IMG/VR virus record: IMGVR_UViG_3300021091_000107
Span: 1 to 52,490 of that record
Strand: one strand, 5' to 3'
Origin: a virus
Taxonomy: Duplodnaviria > Caudoviricetes
DNA: 52,490 nucleotides
Positions 30,817 through 40,648 of the stretch are shown piece by piece; the first letter of the stretch is position 1; every line of letters begins with the position of its first letter. A program made the position numbers and the translations under genes. The notes beneath the pieces are model-generated. The model had not been told where the DNA came from and searched no databases. It saw only the letters and a list, made by a program, of their open reading frames with translations.

Positions 30817-33800
30817 ATGAGTTTAGAATTTAATGCAGATAAGCAGATAATCAAATCTACAACTCCAAAAGTAGTTGGTCAAAATGATTTCACAATTCGA
30901 TCAGGATCTGGTTCCGACGAGAAAGAAGTTGTTCGAGTTCAATTAGACCCATCCACCAAGTTACCTCGTGTTGGTATTAATAGAACTGGTAGAAGAGTTG
31001 AAAAAATTGTTATTAATACTGGATTCAATGGATCTGGATATACGACTTCTCCTTCAGTAGTTTTAAGTGCTCCTCAACTATCTGGTGGTATTCAAGCATT
31101 AGCTTCTGCTGTAACTTCATCTGGTTCAGTTGTTGCTATTATTATCGATAATCCTGGCGATGGATATACTTCTGCGCCTACAGTAACCATATCAGGGGGA
31201 GGCGGAAATGGTGCAGCTGCAACTGCAGTTCTAGATACAGTTGATTATGAATTAGATGTTAATGGTGCTATTAGAACATCTACTTCAATTATTTCTGATA
31301 CTGCTCGTATCCTCAACTTGGATATCGACAACTTTGTTACTGCTGATGCTAAGTTTCGTGCTCCTGGATTAAAAACATATTCAAATAATACTGGGACTCT
31401 TTGGGTTCCAAATACTTCCGTATCTAAAGGAAGCACTAGATATTTCGGTAATAATATCTACGAAGCAACAGTAACGGGAATTACAGATTCAAATCCACCC
31501 ATACATATTGATGGGGAATCTGCAAACGGAACTGCTGCTTTTAGACACATTGGTTACAGAGTATCAAGTCCTCTCCTTAAATACTATAATGAGGATATGA
31601 AATATCCTCGTTCTGTAACACCACCTCTAGGAGATAGAACGGAAAAGATTGCTACTACTGAGTATGTTCTCAATCTCGCAACAAATGATGTTGGTGGACG
31701 TGTTTATGTTTCCCAACAGATTGGTAGTGACCTAAACGACGGTAGATCAGCAGTAAACCCAGTCAGATCAATCAAAAGAGCTTGCCAGATTGCTTCGCAA
31801 ACGGTTAACGTAAAAGAAACTGTTGTTGTTTCTGGTGGTGATTATGTAGAAGATAACCCCATTTCTATTCCACCAGATTGTTCGATTGTTGGTGATAACT
31901 TACGTTTAGTTATTGTAAGACCACAAAATCCCCGTAAACACATGTTTAAGTTTGGGGATAAGAACTATGTAACTGGTATTACGTTTAGAGATAAGATTGA
32001 TAGTAATGGAGATCCTATTGCAACATGGGATTATGCGATGGTGTTTGATGACAAACAACGCATTTGCTATGATGTAAACAGTGGTGGGGATTATGGAAGA
32101 AACTTTCCAGTTGGTCATCAAATCTTTGGTGTTCCAAAGATTCGTGTTACTTTCCAAACTAATACTGGATTGACTGCTCTTGCAGTCAATGAATATGTGA
32201 CAGGTGTAAACACTGGAGCGGTTGGTAGAGTAAAGTCTGTTACATTTAATTCTGGTAATGTCACTGGAACTGTAGATGTTCAAGTAACTAGCGGTTCTTT
32301 CCAAACAGGTGAAACATTTACTTATCCTGGAGAAGGAGCATCTCCATGGACAGCAAATACTACGCTAGTTATAAATTCTTTAGTTTATTCTGGAAATAAT
32401 GTTTATTCAGTAACAACTGCAGGAACAACAGCGGCGCCAGCACCAACGCATACAACTGGAGCACAATCAAACGGAACAGCAACATTAACTTGGATTAGAA
32501 ATGTTTATTCATTTGTTGCTACTGATGTAAAATCAATCCGAGCAGAAGGCGAAGTTGTATCAAATAATAAAGATTTGGTATCTACCCTTCCCATCACTAG
32601 AATAGATGCTTCGCAACAAGCAAATCCAGATATTGATGGCATCATCATTTACACAAATCCCCTTACTGGAAGACAAAATACACATGATTTCAAAGAAAAT
32701 GAAGAAATTGAAATCAGTGGATTGCCTACTTCAGCGCCAGATCTTTCTTGGTTGAACGGAAAACAAAGAGTTTATAAAGTTCTTTATGATGCTGATGGAA
32801 GATCAAGAAGGTTTGTTATTCCTAAAAAATCTGCAAGTTTCGTTGATGTAAACTATCAACCATCTTTAGCGACGGTAAAAAAATATTCTTATTCTATTAC
32901 CCTTACTCTTCTCAACTCACCGAACAAGTTTTCAACAACACCATATGTTGCTCAAAGGTTCCAAGATGCTTGTAATCTAATCAGAAATAATATTGAGTTT
33001 ATTAAAGATGAAACGTATTTAAAAATCGCAGATGAGTTTAGTCCCAACTTCTCTGTATCATCAATCAAAGCAACAACTGGAACAGGAGCAGATGCTGGTT
33101 ATGTAGTTTTACAAGTTACTACATCTGGCAATCATGGTTTCTTTGTTAGTGATACCGTTACCATTTACAATAATGGATTGAATAATGCTATCAATGCTCA
33201 ATATACAGTAACTAATCGTGTAAGTGCTACAGTATTTGAAGTTAAATATTTTGGTAGTATTTCTACACTTGGATTAACATCTGATAACACGTATACCACT
33301 GGTTCAACCCCAGCACTATCAGCATCTGCTTACGTTCAAAGATCATTCGTCATTCCTAATGAAACAAAATGCCGTAGAGATATTGGGCATTTTGTCAATG
33401 CAATCATTATGGATCTTGAATATGGCGGAAACTATCATTGTGTTGAAGCTGCTGAGTATTACAGAACTGGTGGTCAAATAGGATTTGTTGGTAATGAAAT
33501 CGCAGAAACAGTAAGAGCATTTGAGATTGCTAGACAACTATGTATTCTCGCAATGCGTCGTTGGAGAACAGGAAACGGGCAACTATCAGATCCATTATAT
33601 ACACCACTTTATTCTTCTATTCCTAGATACTTTGATCCAACTATAACCCAAGATACTACATCTCCAGCTTGTGCTAATGTTAAGAGTGCTATCGATACAT
33701 TAGCATATGTTTTTGTCGAGGTTTTGTGCAACAACGCATCTAGTCAACAAGTAGAAGCTGGATATTTAATTCAAAGAAATGCTGATTTTATTGCTTCAGA

Positions 33801-36800
33801 AGCACTTGGGTTTGCAAAAAATACTTTTCCTACATTAGGATTATCTACTGATCAAGAAAGAAAGTGCAAAAGAGATATCCGTCTTGTTCTTTCTGGATTA
33901 TCTAGAGATCTTATTCTCGGTGGTAATGCTGGAATAGTTGTTGCTGCGGAATCATATTTTACTGGTACTGCTCTCACTGGTCTACCAGCAAATGAACTTG
34001 CTGCTACTAGATACGCTTTCGAGAAGGTAAGAGATCTTGCTATCCTCGCAATGAGAAACTGGAAGACAGGAACGAGTGGAACGGGACCAAACTATACACC
34101 AGTATACGAAACTACTATTCCTATTTTTATTGATCCAGCTGTCTTAGCTGATCCTACTACTCCTACGTGTGCTAGTATTAAGATTGCTATCGAAACAGAG
34201 ATGACTCTGCTTGATAATATTCTTGGTGGTACTATTCTTCCTGGAGCAACAACAAAAACATATGGAACTCTGTATTCTCCAACGATTACATATCCAGAAG
34301 GAGTTCTGTATGATGCAAACAACAAATATATTACCCCCAGAGCAACATGGGATGATTTACCATACATTGAAGCATCACCATATACACAAAACTCATCAGT
34401 TATTTCATTCTTAGGTGGTAATGGTGCGGAGGTTGATGGAAATAAAGTTGCCCAACCTAACTGCCCATTCCCAGGACTAGAACTAAATGGAACTGCATCT
34501 TATCCAAATCAGGGTAAGTCGATGGTTGCATCAGCATTTACTATTGTTTCTTTTGGTGGAACAGGATACAGAGTTATCAATGATGGATATGTTCAGTTGG
34601 TTTCTGTGTTCGTTATCTTCTGTGCCGATGGTGTATTCTGCGATAGTGGCGGATATGCTTCTGTCACGAACTCTGCTACCAACTTTGGTGTCTATGCTCT
34701 ACGAGCTAGAGGATTTAGAGAAGATCCATATGTCTTTGATATTGGAACGATTACAAATGTTACACAATCTGTAACAGGTAAAACAGTATTTACTGTTAGT
34801 GGATTAGGAAGAAGACCACTGGAGCATTATGTGGTTAAGATTGATGGTTATCAAAATACCAACACAGCAATCGAATATTTCGTAGATACTGTAACTGGCG
34901 TTACTGTTGGTCCACCTTTCACAGCAACACTGACACTAAACGATACTGCTAGTTTCACAAAAATAGCAACGAATACCGTAGTTGGTAACTCAATCGCAGA
35001 GTTTGCTGGCAAAACGATTAAACTACATAGACCTTCGATCGTTAACTCCTCATCACACACTTGGGAGTTTGCTGGATCTGGAACTAACTACAATGCTTTG
35101 CCAGAAAACGGCGGAACCAAAATCGAAGCATATGAACAGGTATCAGAAAACTATGGTCGTGTTTACACGTCAGGAACTGATGAACTTGGAGACTTCAAGG
35201 TAGGTTACTTTGCTCGCATTGAAAACAGAACTGGTGCTATCACCTTTACTGGAACTGTTACCATTTCCGAAGTTGAGTTCCTTAAACTAAAAGGTGGTGA
35301 CGTTGTTGTTACTGGTTTCGATGCTTCTCCAACATTAGGTGGTGCATTCTCAACGGACTCAAAACTACCAACACAAAAAGCGGTTAAGGATTATATCTCA
35401 AATAACCTAGGTCCATATCTAAACAAACCATACTCCACAAACGCTGTTCCTAGGGCGCTTGTAGAACTCACAGACAGCGGTAAGATCTCTATTGACCAAA
35501 TCCCTGCCCTAAGACCATTTAACGTCTTCACGGTGGCAAATCAAGCGGCAAGACTGGCATTAGAAGGAGCTCTTGCTGGAGACATTGCTATCCAAACAGA
35601 TAGCACACAATCTTTTATTCTTAATAACGATTTAACTAGTTTGTATCTTGGATTTGCTGTAAATACAAGTTTAGAGTTTACGATAGGAAATATTTTCACT
35701 GGTTCTGTTACAGGTGGTCAGATTCAGGCAACAGAATATAGACAAGGTGTTGTTTATAAGTTAAACATTACAAATGCTGGATCTGGATATACTGTTGCTC
35801 CCACAGTTACAATCAGTGGTGGTAATCCTCAGGGAGGAGCAGTTTCAGCAACTGCTGTTGCTACTATTGCAAATGGTCAGATAGTAACACTAACCGTTAC
35901 AGAAAACAATGGTTTCATAGGAGGAAAAGGTTATACAACTGCACCCACAGTAACGATTTCTGGTCCAGGTGGTGCTGGTGTTACTGCTACAGGAGCTGCA
36001 TTATTAGAAAGCAGATTATACGGAACAATCGTCAATAACCAAAAAATTGAAGATACTGATACTATTACTTCCAGCAATAGTCCTACAGGAACTGTAGTTG
36101 ATATCAGTAGAGTAGTGAACACATCTTCATCATTATCAACTAACTGGGTATCACTATCAGCTACTCAGATTTCTGCAGATGCTATTACATCTGGTATTGT
36201 TTCGACATCTCGTCTGGCAAGTAACTCAGCAGAAGCAAACTCATTTACTTTCTTGAGAGGTGACCAAGCATATGCTCCTGTTGTTCAATCTATCAAGGGT
36301 TCAGAAACAAGATATTTTGCTAAGTTAACTCAAGCAGTATCTGCAGGTTCTAGTACATTTGTGTTTGCAACAAATGCAAGCATATTAAGAGGTCATGGGA
36401 TTGTTTCAATCACAGGTATTGCTGCTAACACTACTGTAACTAATGTTCTTACTGCTAGTGGTTCTACTACCGTAACATTAAACAACCCAGTAACGGCAAA
36501 CATTGCAACCAGTACTGTTATTGAGTTTATTAGACCACCATCTCCTCTGATTTTAGATACTGCTTATACTATTGGTAGTTTTGTTGACAGTGTAGTTATT
36601 GTATCAGGAGGAACTGGATTTACTAACGGAATATATTATGATGTTACTTTAACGGGTGGTACTGGAACTGGATTAAAAGCAAATATTACAGTTACTGGTA
36701 ATACAATAACTTCAGTAGTAGTTACAAATGGAGGTATCAACTACACAGGTGATTATAATATCACTTCAAACCCAGTTGGTATTGGATCGGGTTCAGGTTT

Positions 36801-39126
36801 AGTTCTTGCGGCAAAACTAGCAACAACTCCCAAAAACTATGCAAACACTTCGCTTGATGTTAAGAGAGTTGATGATCTGACTATTTCTTCCGATCCATTT
36901 GGTAGTGTTGGTGTTTCTCGTTTCCAAAAATCTCAGTTTACTCTCGGAGCAGCTGGAAACGGATCAGTAACACTCAAGACTGGTCCTGATAGTGGATTGA
37001 ATGCTGACCTTCTGGATGGAGCACAAGGAGAATACTATCTAAATGCATCAAACTTAAACCAAGGTGTATTAGGAACTGATAGATTAAGCGGCAACTATAA
37101 TATTAGTATTTCTGGTCAGTCTGGTAATACTCTACGTCTTCTTACATCAGTAAACAACCCAACATCATCTCCTTCGCCAAACTCTTTTGCTGAGGGTATC
37201 ATTGCTGATACTAGAAACAACTCTGCGGATGGTCTAAGTGATGGTGGAACTAGACACTTAGTACTCACATTAAGAAACTTTGGTTCTGGATTTGATGCAA
37301 CTGGTGGAGGTGTTCGTCAGTTGGCGTTCACAGATAATGATAATTTGTACCTTCGTGGTTCTGGTACTGGCGTAACAACATTTGGAACATGGGCAAAAGT
37401 TTGGACATCTCTAAACGATGGTCCTGGAACTGGATTAGATGCAGATAGATTAGACAATAGACAAGGTTCATTCTATCAAAATGCTTATAATATTAACAGT
37501 GGTATTTTAAGTGATAATAGATTAACATCCTACTTTACTGCAAAATCATTCAATAATTCTGTCAAAGTATTAACAACTACGGGTAATCCACATTATGACA
37601 TTTATATTTCTGGATATGTATTGACTGCTTCCCCATTCCTTGCTGGTTTACCTGTAAACTTATACGATGTTAACGCTCAAGGAACAGGAACATTAACTAT
37701 CACAAATGTAGCCACATACAATGATGCAGATGATACTTTAGATTACACAATTATTTCTGCAGTATTAACTACAGGAACATTTAATGGTGCTCAAACTATT
37801 GGAACAGCAAATGATAGAGTAGCATTCCAAGATTATTCATTAAAGAATGCAGGAACATTTGAAACTGCTTCTCTCGAAAGTTCAACGGGAACAGGATTAC
37901 TTAAATTGGGGAGAAAAGATGGCACTGCATCTTCACCTGCTATTTACTTGAGCACCAGTTCTTCTCCTGCACCAAATTATAATGTAGCGTTAATTGCATC
38001 TGGTGGTAACAATTCTGATGGAAGTGGTAATTTAAATATTGTTGTTGCTACTACAGATTCAGCAACTATAAACAACCAAAAGATTTGGAACGCTGGCAAT
38101 CTTACACCTGCTACAAACAACGTTGCGAATACAGTTGTTCTCCGTGATGTCTCTGGTAACTTTGCTGCTGGAACAATCACCGCTAACGTAACTGGTGCTG
38201 CTTCTTCTAACGTATTGAAAGCAGGCGATACGATGACTGGTAACCTCAACTGGGGAGCTACTGGTTTCGGTTTAACTTGGGGAATGAATACTGATGGAGC
38301 ATCCATCAAGTTCTACAATACTGGAGATGGTGACGCAGATTCAAGATTAGAGTTCCAAACAAATGATAATAATAATGAATTCTTTAGATGGACACATTCC
38401 CCATCTGGTGGATCAATATATGAATCAATGCGATTGGTTTGTAATAGTGATAATAATGCTCTCCTTACGATTGGTGGTAATCTCCAAGTTGGAAAAGCAG
38501 TTGCAAATCAGCAAATCGTAATCAAAAATCAATTTAATGATTTTAGACTAAGAACTACTGATGATGATAACTGGATTGAAATGTTAAAACCAGATACTAC
38601 TGTAGTTGGTAGATTAGGTTTCAATGGTTATTCATCATCATCTGCAAGATTTACTGAGTTTGAAATTTATACTGCTACTCAAGCATCAAATGGCAGTCTT
38701 ATTAGAGCGATGCATATTGACTCTAATGGAAAAGTTGGATTTGGTGGAGCAGGAAATTCCAACTATACAGTTACGGTCACGGGTGGATTTGCTGCCACAT
38801 CCAAGTCATTCTGTATTTCTCACCCAACCAAAGAGAACCATAATCTCGTATATGGTTCGCTAGAAGGACCAGAACACGCAGTATATGTTCGTGGCAAGGC
38901 ATCTAATGTAATTACTCTGCCAGATTACTGGACTGCTCTTGTTGATGAGAACACCATCACAGTTCAACTCACACCTATTGGTAATCATATGTCATGGGTT
39001 GAGAAAATTGAAGATAACCAAATCTTGATTGGTGGTGGTGAGGCATTCTACTTCGTTCAGGCAGAGCGTAAGGATATTGACAAGTTAGAGGTTGAAGTTG
39101 AGTTGCCAATCGAGGAGGAAGAGTGA
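30817..39126 (+). CDS. Giant multidomain tail fibre/spike, 2769 aa (beta-helix, phycobiliprotein-like repeats, fibre shaft, C-terminal chaperone-like domain)
   Basis: VYVS..GSDLNDG...SIKRA beta-helix cap; GLNADLLDG/GLDADRLD fibre motifs; KAGDTMTGNL; C-terminal KSFCISHP...LEGPE..VYVRG...LPDYW. Confidence 0.85.
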   Translation: MSLEFNADKQIIKSTTPKVVGQNDFTIRSGSGSDEKEVVRVQLDPSTKLPRVGINRTGRRVEKIVINTGFNGSGYTTSPSVVLSAPQLSGGIQALASAVTSSGSVVAIIIDNPGDGYTSAPTVTISGGGGNGAAATAVLDTVDYELDVNGAIRTSTSIISDTARILNLDIDNFVTADAKFRAPGLKTYSNNTGTLWVPNTSVSKGSTRYFGNNIYEATVTGITDSNPPIHIDGESANGTAAFRHIGYRVSSPLLKYYNEDMKYPRSVTPPLGDRTEKIATTEYVLNLATNDVGGRVYVSQQIGSDLNDGRSAVNPVRSIKRACQIASQTVNVKETVVVSGGDYVEDNPISIPPDCSIVGDNLRLVIVRPQNPRKHMFKFGDKNYVTGITFRDKIDSNGDPIATWDYAMVFDDKQRICYDVNSGGDYGRNFPVGHQIFGVPKIRVTFQTNTGLTALAVNEYVTGVNTGAVGRVKSVTFNSGNVTGTVDVQVTSGSFQTGETFTYPGEGASPWTANTTLVINSLVYSGNNVYSVTTAGTTAAPAPTHTTGAQSNGTATLTWIRNVYSFVATDVKSIRAEGEVVSNNKDLVSTLPITRIDASQQANPDIDGIIIYTNPLTGRQNTHDFKENEEIEISGLPTSAPDLSWLNGKQRVYKVLYDADGRSRRFVIPKKSASFVDVNYQPSLATVKKYSYSITLTLLNSPNKFSTTPYVAQRFQDACNLIRNNIEFIKDETYLKIADEFSPNFSVSSIKATTGTGADAGYVVLQVTTSGNHGFFVSDTVTIYNNGLNNAINAQYTVTNRVSATVFEVKYFGSISTLGLTSDNTYTTGSTPALSASAYVQRSFVIPNETKCRRDIGHFVNAIIMDLEYGGNYHCVEAAEYYRTGGQIGFVGNEIAETVRAFEIARQLCILAMRRWRTGNGQLSDPLYTPLYSSIPRYFDPTITQDTTSPACANVKSAIDTLAYVFVEVLCNNASSQQVEAGYLIQRNADFIASEALGFAKNTFPTLGLSTDQERKCKRDIRLVLSGLSRDLILGGNAGIVVAAESYFTGTALTGLPANELAATRYAFEKVRDLAILAMRNWKTGTSGTGPNYTPVYETTIPIFIDPAVLADPTTPTCASIKIAIETEMTLLDNILGGTILPGATTKTYGTLYSPTITYPEGVLYDANNKYITPRATWDDLPYIEASPYTQNSSVISFLGGNGAEVDGNKVAQPNCPFPGLELNGTASYPNQGKSMVASAFTIVSFGGTGYRVINDGYVQLVSVFVIFCADGVFCDSGGYASVTNSATNFGVYALRARGFREDPYVFDIGTITNVTQSVTGKTVFTVSGLGRRPLEHYVVKIDGYQNTNTAIEYFVDTVTGVTVGPPFTATLTLNDTASFTKIATNTVVGNSIAEFAGKTIKLHRPSIVNSSSHTWEFAGSGTNYNALPENGGTKIEAYEQVSENYGRVYTSGTDELGDFKVGYFARIENRTGAITFTGTVTISEVEFLKLKGGDVVVTGFDASPTLGGAFSTDSKLPTQKAVKDYISNNLGPYLNKPYSTNAVPRALVELTDSGKISIDQIPALRPFNVFTVANQAARLALEGALAGDIAIQTDSTQSFILNNDLTSLYLGFAVNTSLEFTIGNIFTGSVTGGQIQATEYRQGVVYKLNITNAGSGYTVAPTVTISGGNPQGGAVSATAVATIANGQIVTLTVTENNGFIGGKGYTTAPTVTISGPGGAGVTATGAALLESRLYGTIVNNQKIEDTDTITSSNSPTGTVVDISRVVNTSSSLSTNWVSLSATQISADAITSGIVSTSRLASNSAEANSFTFLRGDQAYAPVVQSIKGSETRYFAKLTQAVSAGSSTFVFATNASILRGHGIVSITGIAANTTVTNVLTASGSTTVTLNNPVTANIATSTVIEFIRPPSPLILDTAYTIGSFVDSVVIVSGGTGFTNGIYYDVTLTGGTGTGLKANITVTGNTITSVVVTNGGINYTGDYNITSNPVGIGSGSGLVLAAKLATTPKNYANTSLDVKRVDDLTISSDPFGSVGVSRFQKSQFTLGAAGNGSVTLKTGPDSGLNADLLDGAQGEYYLNASNLNQGVLGTDRLSGNYNISISGQSGNTLRLLTSVNNPTSSPSPNSFAEGIIADTRNNSADGLSDGGTRHLVLTLRNFGSGFDATGGGVRQLAFTDNDNLYLRGSGTGVTTFGTWAKVWTSLNDGPGTGLDADRLDNRQGSFYQNAYNINSGILSDNRLTSYFTAKSFNNSVKVLTTTGNPHYDIYISGYVLTASPFLAGLPVNLYDVNAQGTGTLTITNVATYNDADDTLDYTIISAVLTTGTFNGAQTIGTANDRVAFQDYSLKNAGTFETASLESSTGTGLLKLGRKDGTASSPAIYLSTSSSPAPNYNVALIASGGNNSDGSGNLNIVVATTDSATINNQKIWNAGNLTPATNNVANTVVLRDVSGNFAAGTITANVTGAASSNVLKAGDTMTGNLNWGATGFGLTWGMNTDGASIKFYNTGDGDADSRLEFQTNDNNNEFFRWTHSPSGGSIYESMRLVCNSDNNALLTIGGNLQVGKAVANQQIVIKNQFNDFRLRTTDDDNWIEMLKPDTTVVGRLGFNGYSSSSARFTEFEIYTATQASNGSLIRAMHIDSNGKVGFGGAGNSNYTVTVTGGFAATSKSFCISHPTKENHNLVYGSLEGPEHAVYVRGKASNVITLPDYWTALVDENTITVQLTPIGNHMSWVEKIEDNQILIGGGEAFYFVQAERKDIDKLEVEVELPIEEEE

Positions 39127-39878
39127 TGGCGATAACATATAATAATCAAATTAAACTGGATGGTTTAGTTTTATTACTAGATCCATATTTAACTTCATCA
39201 TACCCTGGTTCTGGATCAACCATAACTAACGCTATTACTGGAACATCAGCATCTCTGGTAACATTTAATTATGATGCAACTAATAAATTTTTTACAACAC
39301 CTAATGATGGAGATTTTTTTTATATCTCCGTGCCAGATTATTCTGAAATGACAAATGCTTTAAATAAAACTTCTGGCGGGTTTACTTTGATAGAATGGAT
39401 CAGAATAAATAATTTAACATATCCAAGAGCTGCCGCAGGTGGTAGATTTAATACTGGATATGGATCCACATCAACCAGAGGATTTGATTGGTGTCATGGA
39501 ACTAGCAATTTAACTTCAATAAGAATGTCTGGATCTGTTCCAGAAGTAAATCCATCTTCTGATCAATATGATTTCGATACAACTATTAATATTTCTGGTG
39601 CTGGATTATCATTAGGAACTTGGTTCCAAAGAGTATTGTGGTGGAATAGATCCACAAATACTCATGGAGCATACATAAACGGTGTTTCATATGGATCGGC
39701 TAGTCATAGTCAAGTTGCAGGATATTCGTTATTTAATGGAGGTGGAGCAACTTTTGGTACTCTATATGGTTGGTCTCATACTGGTGCAAGAGGTCCAATT
39801 TACTTATACAATTCTGTGTTATCAGATATCGATATCTATTTTAATTTTACCACCGTTAAGAAGAGGTTTGGAATCTAA
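39126..39878 (+). CDS. ConA-like lectin/LamG-domain protein 1
   Basis: GLVLLLDP...SYPGSG N-terminus and YNSVLS...NF....RFGI C-terminus; TGATG coupling to the fibre gene. Confidence 0.8.
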   Translation: MAITYNNQIKLDGLVLLLDPYLTSSYPGSGSTITNAITGTSASLVTFNYDATNKFFTTPNDGDFFYISVPDYSEMTNALNKTSGGFTLIEWIRINNLTYPRAAAGGRFNTGYGSTSTRGFDWCHGTSNLTSIRMSGSVPEVNPSSDQYDFDTTINISGAGLSLGTWFQRVLWWNRSTNTHGAYINGVSYGSASHSQVAGYSLFNGGGATFGTLYGWSHTGARGPIYLYNSVLSDIDIYFNFTTVKKRFGI

Positions 39879-40648
39879 TGGCACTAGGACACGGATCCTC
39901 TATAATTGTTGATACTAGTTTATACAGTTGGTTTGATTTTACAAATGCTAACTCATACGTTGCACAAACAAACCAAGCTACAATTTATAGTTTGTTAAGT
40001 AATGGATATAATTGGAGCACTGCTAACTTTTCTGGAACTGTTAATACAACAACATATGGAACAATAACAAAAGGATTACTGTTTGATGGTAATGCTCAAA
40101 TGTTAACTCAAAATGGTGGTAATAGTTATTATTATGGTTGGGATCCAACAGGAACACATGGTACTCCAACTTTTACAAATGAAATGTGGGTATGGCCATA
40201 TGAAAATTCTGGAATGTTATTTACAAGACCTTGGAATGGTAATGGTAGATATAATTTTTGGATTTATCCAACTGGATTTTATATTGGTTCTGGTGGAACA
40301 CAATCATCATATCCAACATCGACTATGAGTTTTCCTGTCGATACTTCTACTCTAGGAAAACCATCACATATTGTTGTTTGGGGAAATCAAACTCAAGTTG
40401 GATACTACATAAATGGTGGGCAATATTCTGCTTTTCAAAACCATGGTATTACTGGCAGTGGAGATTTTTATGGTAATGGTATTGGAGCTGGATATATGAC
40501 ATTATATCCATATGGTCAAGGTTGGGCTGGCAATACTGGATTTGGTATTAATGGTGTTTTATATCAAGCAAGAGTTTATAATAGAGTTTTATCGTCAAGT
40601 GAAGTCAATAGAAATTTTGCAGCACATGCAGGGAGGTATGGATACTAA
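39878..40648 (+). CDS. ConA-like lectin/LamG-domain protein 2
   Basis: LLFDG, FTNEMWVWP, YING, RVYNRVLSSSEVNRNF...RYG; TAATG coupling. Confidence 0.82.
   Translation: MALGHGSSIIVDTSLYSWFDFTNANSYVAQTNQATIYSLLSNGYNWSTANFSGTVNTTTYGTITKGLLFDGNAQMLTQNGGNSYYYGWDPTGTHGTPTFTNEMWVWPYENSGMLFTRPWNGNGRYNFWIYPTGFYIGSGGTQSSYPTSTMSFPVDTSTLGKPSHIVVWGNQTQVGYYINGGQYSAFQNHGITGSGDFYGNGIGAGYMTLYPYGQGWAGNTGFGINGVLYQARVYNRVLSSSEVNRNFAAHAGRYGY

Noticed and set aside
6094-39126. Inteins, introns or homing endonucleases explaining the very large ORFs
   Set aside because: No intein splice-junction motifs or LAGLIDADG/HNH/GIY-YIG motifs noticed; frames are uninterrupted and size is explained by structural modules
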